Below, in pieces: positions 12,901-64,000 of a DNA stretch of 64,000 nt. Origin of the DNA: Paraspadella gotoi (taxonomy: Eukaryota > Animalia > Chaetognatha). The notes beneath the pieces were generated by a model. It searched no databases. It was given only the letters and a program-made list of their open reading frames with translations, and was not told the origin of the DNA. Position 1 is the first letter of the stretch. Each line of letters opens with the position of its first letter. A program made the position numbers and the translations under genes. Where the stretch lies: contig CM119264.1 of assembly GCA_051294375.1 (NCBI GenBank), forward strand, positions 21,609,582 through 21,673,581. The letters run 5' to 3'.

Positions 12901-13907
12901 TCCAGGACTTATATAAGCAAAAAAACCAACCCCCGAAGCCTCAGCGACTCCATGTTTAGGGTCGTCGGTTTCGCCACATCAAAGTCTTTAACGACACCAA
13001 AGCAAAACTTCCCACTTCCCATCGCTTTCGCTTTCCATCGCCAAAACTCGGGGATTATTTTTAGTCTTTCTTGGAGAAACTACACATTTTTCATGTCGAG
13101 GGGGAAAAAAGAAAAATAAAGTCTCTTTGGAAACAAAAGGGGGCGGCGGCGGCGGTGGCGGCGGCGGCGGCTGCGGTAAAGAGCCCCATTCAGTATTTAA
13201 AGTTTTTCTCATCATCATGAGTGAGAATATTAGCCTATCGGCGAGATACAAAACGTCGGCAAAGAGATAATAATAATGAGGCCGCAAATGACGAGGATGA
13301 AGAAATACGATAGGGTATCAATGACGTCTATGGCGACGACAATAATGACGTCAATGGCGACCATAATAGTGAGGTTATAGTCGAAAGGATTGAAGACGAT
13401 GTCGGAAACGGCAATCCTTGATAGGAGACGCTGTCAAGGTAATGGTTGCCGCAAACAAAAATAACCATTGGGCGGAAAAAGTTTTCCAAAAAAATTCTGA
13501 CAGAAGCCTCAAACTCAAAGACTCAAAACAAAATTGACGACGAAAGAAAAACAAAAGACGGCGTTGACGATGAAGACCAAAGAAAACAAAAGGAAGAGTC
13601 GATTTGATAATAGAAAAAAATTAAAAAAGGGAAGTCGACTATGGGAAGACTATGGAAAAACGACGAAGAGAAATAAATAGGCAAAGAACACCAAAAAAAA
13701 ATGGCAAAGATAACTTGAACGGTAACGACGAGATGCAGGACGACGACGACGACGACGATAAGTCGACGATGCCGAAGAAGAAATTATTAAGTTGTTAACG
13801 ACGATTCTCAACAAAGAGGAGAGAGACCTCAAAAACGAACTCTAAAACTCTAAATCGTTTTACACCATTGCGCATGGGATTTCCATAACCTTCTTCCTAG
13901 TCACTCT

Positions 13908-13954
<47 letters not shown>

Positions 13955-15072
13955 ACACACACTCCCACACACACTCATAGACTCACGCATGCTCTTCTTT
14001 TTTCCTTTTTCCTTTCTCGTTTCCCATTTCTTTGTCTTCTAACTCCCACAACTTACTTTACCTTACTTTTCTTTTTTTTCGCAACTTTCCCTCTTTTCTC
14101 ATCCCATCAGTTCAGTCAGTTAAACAACAGAAAATATTCCATCTTTTTTTTTTTAAATTAAAAGAGAAACGTAAAATGAAAGAAAAAGATTTACCTCCTT
14201 TCATTGCCTCCAGATGGGTTTCAAGAAGAAGGGCGAACTAGTACGAGTTTTCAAAAAATATTCTTAAAGTCAGAAAAAAAATTTTAATAATGTAATACCA
14301 TTCTTTCTCAGTTCAAACAACAGTAACGAAAACTACCATTTTAAAAGATAAATGAGAAGTGTATATAAAATATTGAAAATTTAAAAAAAATGAAAAAAAT
14401 AAAAAAACCAGCTTTCCCAATGTCCCATTTCTAAAAAATGAAGAAACTTGGAAAAAGTAGTGAGAAATCGTGCGTTTTTTGTCTGTTGTCAACTTATTCA
14501 AACTGGAATTCTTCGCCCTCTGGGGGGCATCGGGGCAAGTTAGGATCACGTGACGACTAAACCCTTTCGTAGTCCACGACGACGAGGAAGACGATTATCG
14601 ACTTTTCAATTCCCTTCGCCGGATTTGAATTACTCTGCGATTTTGCGAGGGATTTGCGGTTCGGTGAGTTACAGCCGGGTTTGTGAGGTTGTCAAATTAT
14701 GTGTACATCCGGATTTTTATGACTCTCAACATCGGAAATGAGATGTTTTGGCCCAGGATCTCAATTTTAGTCCTTAATCCTCAATGTTCTTCGTTCATTG
14801 AGACGGGAGAGGGAGCTACAAACGTTAAGAGCCTCGAGAAAAAGGGAAAAAAAACCTGCTATGTGAATAAACAAAACTGTGAGTGAGTCTTGATTGAAAG
14901 TTTGCAGAAACCTGCTATGTTATTATATTGTAAGTGTGATGGAGGCCTTAAACCACCAAAGCCTGTCCAAAGTCAGGGACAAGATAGCTTATTTATTAAA
15001 TGAATGGATAATTTTTATTTTGGTTGTACCAATTTCATAGAAAGAAAAAAATAAAGATATGTACAAAAAACA

Positions 15073-15156
<84 letters not shown>

Positions 15157-18100
15157 AAAAATCCTTCATATAATTCGGAGATATTCAACATCTTCGTAAC
15201 ATTTTGATCTTTTGTCAGTTAATCCGCAACCGCATCTGCCTCCCATTTTCTTTTTCATTCGCTTCACGGCATCCTCCAAGGGCGCTCAAGCTTTCACAAC
15301 CTTTTGCCCTTTTAAGCTCCGTGACGGGCACCAGCACCGAACTCCCATTCCACCTCCATTTGCAAACGCAATCCATGGGCCTTCTCAATTATGGTCTCCT
15401 TCAAAGATTTTGAGAGAAGGACTCGAAAACCAAGACTCCAAAATGCAGCTCCTAACCTCTCGTTACCTCTCGAATATCTACCCTGTTTTCCAACTTCCTT
15501 ACTAACTTGAAGTCCCGGAGTCGAAAATGCTCTCCGTCGGTTTTGTCCAACACCTCGATTCTTCCACCGGGGCTCAACTTCAGAGAGAGAGAGAGAGAGA
15601 GTCAATCGACGACGTCAATGCCGACAAGTTTCTTGTGGCAGATCGCTCAGCAGAAGAAGACCTGGAAGGTCATTTCCCCCATACGGATTCATCGTCGCCC
15701 GAATATTGCTTCCCTCTTCCAAGAGGATGCCAATGTTGTTAATGATGCGAAAACCCAGATATTGTATCACGTCACTCGAAGATAAATATCCGGAAATGCT
15801 CTCGCCCCATCCCAAGCAATTGAACTTGTCCTGGGCTTGGATCCATGCTTGGAGGATTTCAATGCTCCCAGGCCGGTTCATGGCTAATTTCCAAAGAGCC
15901 AGAGGGACATAACAGAAGTTAGTGAACTTTGCAATGCCCTCTACAGCTCTATCGCGAGATTTTTCTTTCTTAATCAGAATTTATGATTACAATTATGGCT
16001 ATAGTTGATAACTGAATAAGTTACGAATAATCTAATCATTGAAAAATAACACTGCAAATTAAAAATCCCACCCTTTTTGTTTTGTTTTGTTTTGTCATGG
16101 TCCCTATTTTTCTCTCTCCCCTCCTTGCTCGACACGCCTCCATCTTCAGTTACCTCCTTCGTCCGGCATTTTTTTTTTGTTTTCCATTTTTCTTTCCTTT
16201 CTACTTTCCCTTACTCGACTCATTGCCCCCTCCTCCATCACCCTTGCCACCCCCCTGTCCCCCCTCGGCCCGTCCCTGTTTTTCTCTCCTCTACAGATAC
16301 GCTCTGATGACGTGGCCGTTCGGCGAGCCTCTTTGCCGTCTCGTGGAGTACGTGCAAACATCAACGGCTTTCGTCTCCATCTACACTCTGATGTTCATGT
16401 CCCTGGAGCGTTACCTGGCGATCACCAGGCCCATCACCAGCATCACCATGCTCACCGCTAGGTGGAGGAATCACGTGACGCGAAGGGAAAAAGAATACGA
16501 ACTAAACGCCTGCATTATTTTCTCCAATTTTAGGCGAACTTACAAACTGGCGATTTCAAGTTGGGTCCTCACCTTCGTCTGCATGATTCCTTACCTCGTC
16601 TACGTGCAGGAGTACAGTTACGTCTATGAAGGAAAAAACCGGACGATTTGCATTAACTCTCTACGAATCCAGTTGAACAAAACGCCGTACAGGTCGGCCG
16701 CCATTTCTTCGTTTCTTATTTTTTTAAAGAAGATCGCTGAGGAATTGTTGGCAGGGGCGGCGATAGGGGGGGACACCCTCGCCTCAGGCGAGGGGCCCGG
16801 GCACCAGGGGGGCCCGGTAGAAGAGAGAAAAAAGAAGGAAAGAAAATATGAAAAAAAGAAGAAAAAAGAAATCAGAAAGGCTGACTAATTCAGACCTTGC
16901 GTTCAGATTGTAAAAAAAGGCACAATGATTTTGATAGAATTTTTCTCATAAAAATGTGTATCTTGAGTAACTTGTTTGAGTGACTCAACTAGTTTCTTGC
17001 CATTTTCTTTATTGTTTTTTTAAAACTTTTTACTATACTGTACAGCCTGTAATGTTTAAACATTAGAGCCATATTTTTTAATATTCGGAAGGTTTGACTA
17101 ATTCAGACCCCTCGCTCAGTCTAGTCTAGGCACAACGATTGTGATTGTGATATATAATCGTATCTCTATTGCCGCTCATGGTTAAAAATAAGCGCTAAAT
17201 CGTTAAATTGCATGTTCAAAAATCCAAACTTTAAATTGATGATTACTAAATAATATTTCCTTATTTATATGTATGAAAGTAGCTAAAGTCTATAAAAGTG
17301 AAAGAAAAAGTAAAATAATATTTATAAACATTATCGATAGCTACATTCATCCGTAATTCCTATCTACACTACAGGGTTTTTCATGCCGTATTTTTGGTGG
17401 CGTCCTATTGCATTCCTTTGAGCTTGATTATTCTCGTGTACTCCTTGCTCATCAGGCGACTCCTCTGCAGGTAAACCGCCTGCTCCTCACGAAAAGCACA
17501 CATGACATTTACAATCACTTTGTATTATGTATTCCTGTCTTAAATTTCTAAATTAACGACCTTCACGTATTTAAACACAGCGGTTCCTTGCAAGAGCTCC
17601 ACGAGGGAGAAGACCGGAAGAGGAAGAAGAAGAGGGGAAAAGAAAAGTTGAGTGAACCCAGCAACGACCGGCAGAGGAATATACGAAAATCGCGACGAAA
17701 AGCCACGAGGATGGTGAGTAAATTTGTGTGTAAATATTTATTTAACCGTTATCAGTATTAACCGCACTGTTTGTCTCATCTAAGTAAAAAATATTAAATA
17801 TCTGACTGCATCTGATTGAATTGTTGCAGTTTTAAAAAATTATGAACTAAGTCTATCTCAATATTCCAGTAAATTTAAAGCGAGAAATATTCTCCACGGT
17901 CCAAATAGGCGAGAGACAATATTCTGGATAAAAGATCGTCAAATGTTATTCTTCCCGTAATATGCAAAATTGAAATTTTAAAGCCTCGGAGCCCGCCATT
18001 TTAGCCTAACTTCTTTATCAGAAATCCATCGCCTTCTTTTTAAAAGGTTCATAATTGAGAATATTCGACGACGAAGCCGAGAAAATGAGACGCCGACGGC

Positions 18101-20540
18101 CCGAACGTTTTTTACGTCGGCCATTAGTCGTCATAGTCGTCGTCGCTTTCGTCGCCGCCGCCACCGTCACCGCCCCTCGCAGCGGCAGATGGCGACTTGT
18201 TTTCTCGAAAAAAAAAAAAAAGGCCATTAGCAGAGACTCGCGAAAAAACGGAGGGTCTGTCAGTCATCGTCTGGAGTCGGCGGCGATGGTTCTTGTTGAT
18301 GTTTTTGCTTTGCAAATTCCACATGTCGCCAAAGGGAATTATACTCGTCTTGGTCGCGTCCTTCAAATTTTTTTGTTGTCGAGAGTGATTTATGATTTTA
18401 CTTTCACGAAGAGAATAGTAGTACTCGTTACTTTTTCCTTTCGCCAAATGGGATCCCTCATTTCTCCCCGCAGTTACACTGTCGCACTCTCCACCCTTAT
18501 TCTCAACCACATTTTTTCCACCTCCCCCCCTTCGCTCCCCAAAAGGTCATTTCTCTGATCCTCATCTTCGTCATCTGCTGGACACCCCTTCAAGTCTTGC
18601 TGGCGGTTGAAGCCTTTACGGATTTGCAAAAGACGGTGTGGATCATCTGGTACCAGATCGCCAGCAACTGCCTGGCCTACATGAACTCGGTGGCCAACCC
18701 GATCGTCTACACTCTGCTTTCGGCCAAATTCAGAAAGGCTTTGAGTCGGCTCACTCTGTGCAAGGGGGACAGGGACGACGTCGTCGTTCTGGCGAGGACG
18801 AACATCATCAAGATGAGATCGAGGGATCAGAACCTCACCGTCGGCTCGCAGGTACTGAGAGGGGAGGTTGGGGTCGGGAAGTAGCTCAAATTCACAGTTC
18901 AGCATATTGCGTAATGCGTATTGCTTAAAACTGAATAACCGAAAAGAAGCCGGGAAGTTGAGTTAGCCAACATGTTCGCTGTTTATACGTATCAGAGATT
19001 AAGAAAAATATCCGCTTTGCAGTTGCGTGTCGATTCATTCTTAACTACATATTATTCTTAATACGATATTAATATATATCTATGGTTGACTTTGATTTGG
19101 GGCAAAGCAAGAATTTCGTTTTAAAATTTTTAACCAAAGGAGACGACGGGATCGCTGATAACGACGACAATATCGGAGAAAAAGCCCCGGATGTTGTGAG
19201 GATGAGTATCGTCGAGAGATTGATACGCGCAATTCAATTGGTGGGTGATGATTGCTCGTCTTTCCTTCTGCTTGCCAAATGAAAGGAAATCTAACGATCC
19301 TTTTTTTTTCTGGATGGCTTGGGGCTTATGGTTTACAATCACGGCGCTCAACATTTGCATCTATCGCTTTTCATCTCTAATATCTCTGACACCGTCCTAT
19401 GTTTTAATTCCTAGCTTTTAGATGAAGCTTCGTGAACACTAATTTTTTAAAATTTTTATATTCTTTCACCAAACTATTGATCTCATGCACAATAAACAAA
19501 ACCCGCAAAACTACTTCTATTCTTATTATTTCAATCTAAAAGCTTTTTGTCTTTTTGTTTGTGGAGAAACTCAATAAGTCACTTTTCGGTCGGTCTGTCG
19601 TTCTGTCTGTCGGTATGTCTGTCCGTCGGTCTGTCCCACTAACGTTAAAAATGCATATAATTCGCCTATAGTAGGTTGCTCATTTGTTAAAACAGGAAAA
19701 AAACAGTGCATGTCATAAATACAAGGATCATGTCATGTCATATAATGTGGAAATACTCGTGAAAATAAAGTCACTGCGGTGAAACACTTTGTAATCACCG
19801 TTCTTTTTATTATGCGTCTAACCTGCTCTGACAAGAATATCTATGAAACTATCATTGATATAAATTTTCTTTTGTATACAGCTGTATGTACAATCCAGAT
19901 TGCTCGGAATGTGATGCCACAATACTCTTGTTTTCATCTTTATTGGGTTTTTGATTATTTAGTAACATAGTTCCACTGTTTCTGATCAAAAGAAATACTT
20001 TTTATTTCATAAATTTTTTCTCGATGAGCGAACGACCTTTTATTAAAATCTTTCGCTGGAAAATGTCATTTCGATTTACACCAGTAAAAAAATTTCATTT
20101 CTCTAACTCAGTTTCCACAGCGTTTCCTATGTTTTGATTTCTTTTCCATAATAATGTTTTCGTTTCTTCTTCTATCTCCCAATCTCGATCAGGTCTTGGA
20201 GACGGGAGGTCAAAGGTCGCCGATGATCGTGGTGGCGCCGCGACCCGCCGCCTCCGCCGCCCCCGACATCGGAGCTCAAATATGTCGTCAAGAGGAAAGG
20301 AATTCGATCAAGTCGACGCTGGCGCTGCGGTTCGGCGGCGGAGGAGGAGGAACGGTCGGAAACGCCGGGGGGCGCTCCAGTCGCGCCGAGTCGTCGGATC
20401 AGCGATCCGGCGCTTCGGGGGCGTCGGGGGCGTCGGCAACAGTCGCTGCTTCGCCAGGCGTTCAAGACGACGCCGACTCTTTCGGCTCCAAGCATAAAAA
20501 TTGGGAGAAGATGAACGGATTTCAAAAGTGTAACATATGA
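3928..20540 (+). CDS. Rhodopsin-class neuropeptide GPCR, allatostatin-A/galanin receptor-like (9 coding exons)
   Basis: Exons 3928-4116, 4688-4784, 8312-8450, 16297-16461, 16534-16692, 17375-17470, 17581-17713, 18546-18851, 20193-20540 join in frame at GT-AG sites. Motifs: TM1 GLAAN, TM2 [21 protein letters not shown]5 YCIPL, TM6 FVICWTP, TM7 [13 protein letters not shown]. Subfamily inferred from motif resemblance only. Confidence 0.88.
4688..4784 (+). CDS. GPCR exon 2 (start of TM1)
   Basis: AG|[33 protein letters not shown]|GTGAG. Confidence 0.85.
5637..5805. repeat. GC-rich minisatellite (~36-51 bp units)
   Basis: GGCGGTGGTGATAGGGGCGG...CAGAGGTGGCG x4. Confidence 0.85.
8312..8450 (+). 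CDS. GPCR exon 3 (TM1-TM2)
   Basis: [45 protein letters not shown]; CAG and GTGAG flanks. Confidence 0.92.
10512..10594 (+). ncRNA. Twister ribozyme (type P5) copy 1, cleavage-site variant UCA
   Basis: Same fold as copy 2, but TAA is replaced by TCA at 10539-10541. Confidence 0.6.
10862..10936 (+). ncRNA. tRNA-derived Pol III head of array unit 2 (other copies at ~10434, ~11286, ~11809)
   Basis: A and B boxes at tRNA spacing; CTCCCAA anticodon-like loop in copies 1, 3 and 4; domain closed by ATCAGCAG/CTGCTGAT stem; not a functional tRNA. Confidence 0.7.
10939..11019 (+). ncRNA. Twister ribozyme (type P5) copy 2, intact
   Basis: P5 ACACAAG/CTTGTGT; GA-CGG; T^AA at 10966/10967; ACC; P3 CTGTAG/CTACAG; P4 CCCGA/TCGGG with loop TCCGAAGT; pseudoknots CCG:CGG and AC:GT. 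Confidence 0.8.
11887..11967 (+). ncRNA. Twister ribozyme (type P5) copy 4, intact
   Basis: Same sequence as copy 2; predicted cleavage at 11914/11915. Confidence 0.8.
15073..15157. repeat. (GAAA)n microsatellite
   Basis: Pure tetranucleotide run; many (AG)n tracts also occur, e.g. 28606-28740, 42440-42554, 57770-57895. Confidence 0.95.
16297..16461 (+). CDS. GPCR exon 4 (ECL1-TM3, ERY)
   Basis: [45 protein letters not shown]. Confidence 0.92.
   Translation: MRSDDVAVRRASLPSRGVRANINGFRLHLHSDVHVPGALPGDHQAHHQHHHAHR
16534..16692 (+). CDS. GPCR exon 5 (TM4-ECL2)
   Basis: [23 protein letters not shown]...KNRTICIN; TTTAG acceptor, GT donor. Confidence 0.88.
16752..17180. mobile_element. Old MITE-like DNA transposon remnant in GPCR intron 5
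   Basis: CAGGGGCGGCGATAG.. left end and imperfect inverted right end ..CTATTGCCGCTCATG (13/18 identical); no clear TSD. Confidence 0.3.
17375..17470 (+). CDS. GPCR exon 6 (TM5)
   Basis: [31 protein letters not shown]; CAG and GTAAA flanks. Confidence 0.9.
17581..17713 (+). CDS. GPCR exon 7 (basic ICL3)
   Basis: [44 protein letters not shown]|GTGAGT. Confidence 0.85.
18546..18851 (+). CDS. GPCR exon 8 (TM6-TM7-helix 8)
   Basis: [17 protein letters not shown]...[30 protein letters not shown]; may alternatively read on to TAG at 18884. Confidence 0.9.
19555..19805 (+). mobile_element. Helentron/DINE-1-like element, copy b
   Basis: ATAAGTCACTTTTCGGTCGGTCTGTC..., AAAAATGCATATAATT, ends CACCGTTCTTT. 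Confidence 0.65.
20193..20540 (+). CDS. GPCR probable last exon (C-terminal tail)
   Basis: Pyrimidine tract + CAG, phase 0 matches donor at 18852; open GC-rich frame [10 protein letters not shown]...GFQKCNI*. Confidence 0.55.
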   Translation, partial: VLETGGQRSPMIVVAPRPAASAAPDIGAQICRQEERNSIKSTLALRFGGGGGGTVGNAGGRSSRAESSDQRSGASGASGASATVAASPGVQDDADSFGSKHKNWEKMNGFQKCNI

Positions 20541-20606
20541 AAAACTTAGAGACTTCGAAATCAGAAAACCGTTTCCATCCTAATTTTTGCTATCGTCGTC
20601 GTCGTC

Positions 20607-20642
<36 letters not shown>

Positions 20643-23459
20643 CTTTTTCTTTTTGTTCCTTTTTTTCCCGCGAGACGAAAAAAAAAAAAAAATAGATCTC
20701 GTATTAATGGTGACGTCGTAAATTTATTTTCCCTTTTTTTCACACACCCGCCCCACAAATTCTTTTCATTGTTTTTATTTATTGCGTTTTGTTTATTTTG
20801 TTATATCAAGAATCTGATGAAGATAAGTGCTTCCTGGACGTTTTGTTATTACGGTAGTGCTTTGTTCCCCCCCCGTGGAGACTATCCCTCTTCGTCCAAA
20901 AAATTTGTCGTAAATTTTGATCATAACGAAATACGAATAATTCAAAATTGTTCTCTCTTTTTTTAGCCTTTCGTTAACCCTAACTTGAAATTGCGAAAGC
21001 GAAAGGCCTTGTTCATTGATTTTTTGTAGCCGTCGGGGTCAACCGCCCACTATCTCATCGCTTTTTAGTTAATTTAAGTTGTGCGAAAGAAAATAAAAAC
21101 CGTGATTCAAAATTCGATTTTGTTAATTCTATTATTCGTCTAACGTTTTATGCTCTACGACACGTTAAATGACACAAAAAGACAAAAAAAACCTCATTCG
21201 CATCACAAAGGACAGACATAGTTTACGGAAAAAAATAAAGAAAAAAAAAGGCAGATATAAAACACAGCATTGACCACTATGACCGTTGATATTTTTTTTT
21301 TCGGATTGACCAGATCCGTACGTCGTATTTACACCGCAACGTTGATTATGAAACGAGATATCCCTTGTGCGTTTAGCGTGACAGAACCGCGCGTGCAAAC
21401 GAATTTCCACCTACACTAAGCCTCTAAGGACTTTTTTTTTTTGCTTGTGAGAGCGTGTCAGTGGATGTGCAAGACGGTGAGCGTGCGAGAGACTAAATAA
21501 ACGAGTTTCGTTAAAAAAAAAACAGAAAACAAATGTTCGCGAGAGTCACATTAAGCGAGGGATATAAAAAACTTAAATGTACAAACGTGTGTAGGTACGT
21601 ACACAAGCCACAAAAAAAATGTACATGTTTGTGTCAAGCTTGCTTCCTGAACCCCGAGGGCGCAAAACTTAAAAAAAAATTGTGGTTTGTCGTCCTCATT
21701 GGAAATGAAGGTTCAGGCTCAAGGGCGAAAAGATAAAAAATTCTAACAAAACGAAAATAGAAGTAAAACAACCGAAATTCAACGAGTAATATATAGTTAG
21801 AAAGATGGCGACAGAGGGTTGGGAGAGAGGAGGGGATTTTTCTTCTTTTTTTTAGTTTTGAATTTTGTTTAAAGACGTCCATGGTAACGGGGATGCGTTG
21901 CTAAGCAATTGTATGATTAATTCCGACAGTTCGTGTCGTTTGCGACCTGAATAGGGAAGGTAAAATAGTTTTGCACTACGGCACATTTCTTAACTTATTT
22001 ACTCAAACTGCTTTTTCAAAATATTTTTTTTATAATGATTTTTTTCTAGTTTAATATCAGGGATTTTGAATTTGTAAACCTTCGCTGCTTTGAGCGATGG
22101 ATTTTTTGTGGTTTTCTTATCCGTTAATGAAAAGACAATGATTTACCTCTACCGCCTGAATGAAGATTTTTTGACTAGAGTTGATTTGTGAATCGATGAT
22201 GAGAGGGCGTTGTAAAGATCTGATTGGCTGGTATGCAGTCTGCGCCCTGCGTAGCTGTGAGTCAGTTGAGGTTTCGATGATGGTAACGCATAGTCGAGCC
22301 TGTGAAGAAATAAATATTGTCAGAACCATTTTACTATATATGCCGAGCACATCATGGGTTTTTCTCAGCAAAAAAATTTAAGACCTTCTAATTATTTCTA
22401 GTACCAAACTGAAAATTCGTCTTAAATTTTTTAGGGTTATCAAGCGGAGTTAAGAAGCAAAGGCCCGGATAACCATCAATATGTGGTCTTTAGTAGCGGT
22501 CGATATGCGGGCCTCTATGTTATAAACATTTAAAGCTGTAGTGAGTTAGAGAAAAACATTTAATTTTAAGCAACAGTTGATAGTCTACATAATACATATG
22601 AACATTTTACGGACGAGTGTTTTGAATTGTGGCGAATCTACAGAGTGAGAAAACGAAATCACCTAAATTGTGAGGAAAAACGTTTTATTAGTTTCGAAAA
22701 ACCTAACAACATGAGCTTCTTGAAAAGTCGTTTCTACCTACGCTTTCATCTAGAGACAGGCTCTTCATTCTCGAAAGTGCTCTGCGTTAGAGAAGCTTGA
22801 AAGAGAAAGATTAAAAAGCAAAAAGATTTACCACGAATTCCTTTTTAAACTTGACAATTTCTTTTATTTTTAAGAAATTTAACGTAATATATTCTGCCGA
22901 CAGTCTCTCACATTGGTTTTTTTTTTCGTTTTTTATTCGTCAGTACGGTTTACAATTCGTTTCAAATCGAATGTCTTGAGCTTTTGGAACGGGAAATAGG
23001 CGAGTACAAAGTTTGGATATAAATATACGTTTTGGATGTATGTATATAGTTTGTCAATGAGGGAAAATAGAGTAAAAATTATTCGAGTAGCCAATGGCGT
23101 GAGATTGCAATTTTTTTTTAAAAATGATATCTCGCAAAAGCTTTTGATTACGATAATATTTAGGCAATAAAAGCGCGGAAAAAGCCAAAGGGAATTTTTT
23201 GTGACGTTTTTCATCTCAGATTCGCGAAAACCGAGACAAACGTCGAATCCGCAGACGACGGGGAGTAAAAACCATAACAAGAAAAGAAAAAAGACGAATG
23301 TAAAACAAAATAGCATTAAAAAATATTTATGATATGGGCAAATCATGAAGTGGAGCTGAAGTGATAATTGTAAAAATATAAGAAAATGTCAAAGCTTAAA
23401 AAAAGTTTGAATAATTAGAAATAACCACAAAAATTAAACAAACATAAATTATATGTTTG

Positions 23460-23497
<38 letters not shown>

Positions 23498-23602
23498 NNN
23501 NNNNNNNNNNNNNNNNNNNNNNNNNNNNNNNNNNNNNNNNNNNNNNNNNNNNNNNNNNNNNNNNNNNNNNNNNNNNNNNNNNNNNNNNNNNNNNNNNNNN
23601 NN
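23498..23602. other. Assembly gap inside a (CT)n tract (other gaps at 54235-54244, 56855-56864)
   Basis: N run. Confidence 0.99.
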
Positions 23603-23871
23603 TCTCTCTCTCTCTCTCTCTCTCTCAGCAATCATCAAGTGGTCATTTAGTTCCAGCTGTCTCAGGATTCCCCTGACGATAAAATTTTCTCATTATTTCT
23701 GTCAACTTCTTTTCCTCCAAACTGTTTCTCCTCGTCACTGCATATGAGGTCTCGTCAAAATATTAAATTTATTTTTATCGGGATATGACAAAATTGGTTA
23801 GTTGTTACAATTGAAAAGTAAAAGGCTCATCTCTCTTTCTCTCGCTGTCTGTCTATCTCGTTCTCTCGTTC

Positions 23872-23937
<66 letters not shown>

Positions 23938-24057
23938 GCTCTCTCTCTAACTTTAATCTATATTTTTTAAATAAAAAAACAATACTAAAAAAATTTATAG
24001 ACATAAAGAATTTCAAAACTCAAGAAGGAGAAAAAACTAAAATAAAATGTATCTCTA

Positions 24058-63448
<39,391 letters not shown>

Positions 63449-63920
63449 CTATCGCCGAGTGAGTGGGGGAGAGTGATAGGGATGCAGATTGGGGATAATG
63501 TGGAAGAGGAATAAAGGTTGAAAAAACCAAACCGATTCTACTAAAGACTCTCTTTCGCAAAGTATCGATAAAAAAATTTAAAAAATAAAAATCTATAATT
63601 CTTCGGGAGCTAAAATAAAAAAATGTACGTTTTTGCACGAACGAGGCCGAACTCTGGCACGTTCCGTCCGAAAAGCGAGTTACGACCCACGGACGCGTCC
63701 AAATCCCGCGCCAAAGAGAAAGGCGCGGGCGAGCGGAACAGATATATATATATTAAGGCGGGCCAAAATTGATCATTTTTTATCATTAGGAGTTCTGTAA
63801 TCTATAATTCAATATATAATATAATATTTAATCAATATTTACTATTATGCCCTTAAGCGTACGCATACCCTTAAGCAACGACGTGAGCGATTGTACGCAG
63901 CGGTTGCGTGTTCGATAATA

Positions 63921-64000
63921 GGGCTCACCACTTATGGCAACGGGGTGACATGTGTGATGCTTGGGGTGTGAGGCATCTCCCGACAGCTGGCGCTCAAGGC
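63921..64000 (+). mobile_element. Start of a second copy of the hairpin-dense element (cut by the window end)
   Basis: ATGGCAAC..TGTGATGC..GGCATCTC..AAGGC similarity to 31330-31394 (-). Confidence 0.45.

Noticed and set aside
15200-15910. Decayed retrotransposon coding fragment
   Set aside because: Composition looks coding-like, but no diagnostic RT or endonuclease motif could be read with confidence.

Overview
Draft-quality animal genomic DNA: intron-rich genes with GT-AG splice sites, dense (AG)n microsatellites, three N gaps and several probable 1-nt indel errors. Three genes can be assembled by hand. (1) A 9-exon rhodopsin-class neuropeptide GPCR of the allatostatin-A/galanin receptor type on + (3928-20540). 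(2) The 3' part of a giant muscle kinase of the twitchin/projectin family on - (Fn3/Ig modules, kinase, autoinhibitory tail, two Ig domains, unique tail; ~24058 to beyond 63448). (3) A Rab15-like GTPase nested antisense in a 14-kb twitchin intron (49797-53763). The most notable element is a head-to-tail array of ~427-bp units in GPCR intron 3 (10396-12006). Each unit has a tRNA-derived Pol III head followed at once by a circularly permuted (type-P5) twister ribozyme fold and a hairpin-rich body, i.e. a candidate twister-based retrozyme/SINE. A diverged solitary relative with compensatory base changes sits in Rab intron 1 (50007-50157). Also present: five copies of a Helentron/DINE-1-like element, a second hairpin-rich dispersed element, minisatellites and a degenerate telomere-like tract. 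All calls come from manual reading of the sequence; no database searches were run.
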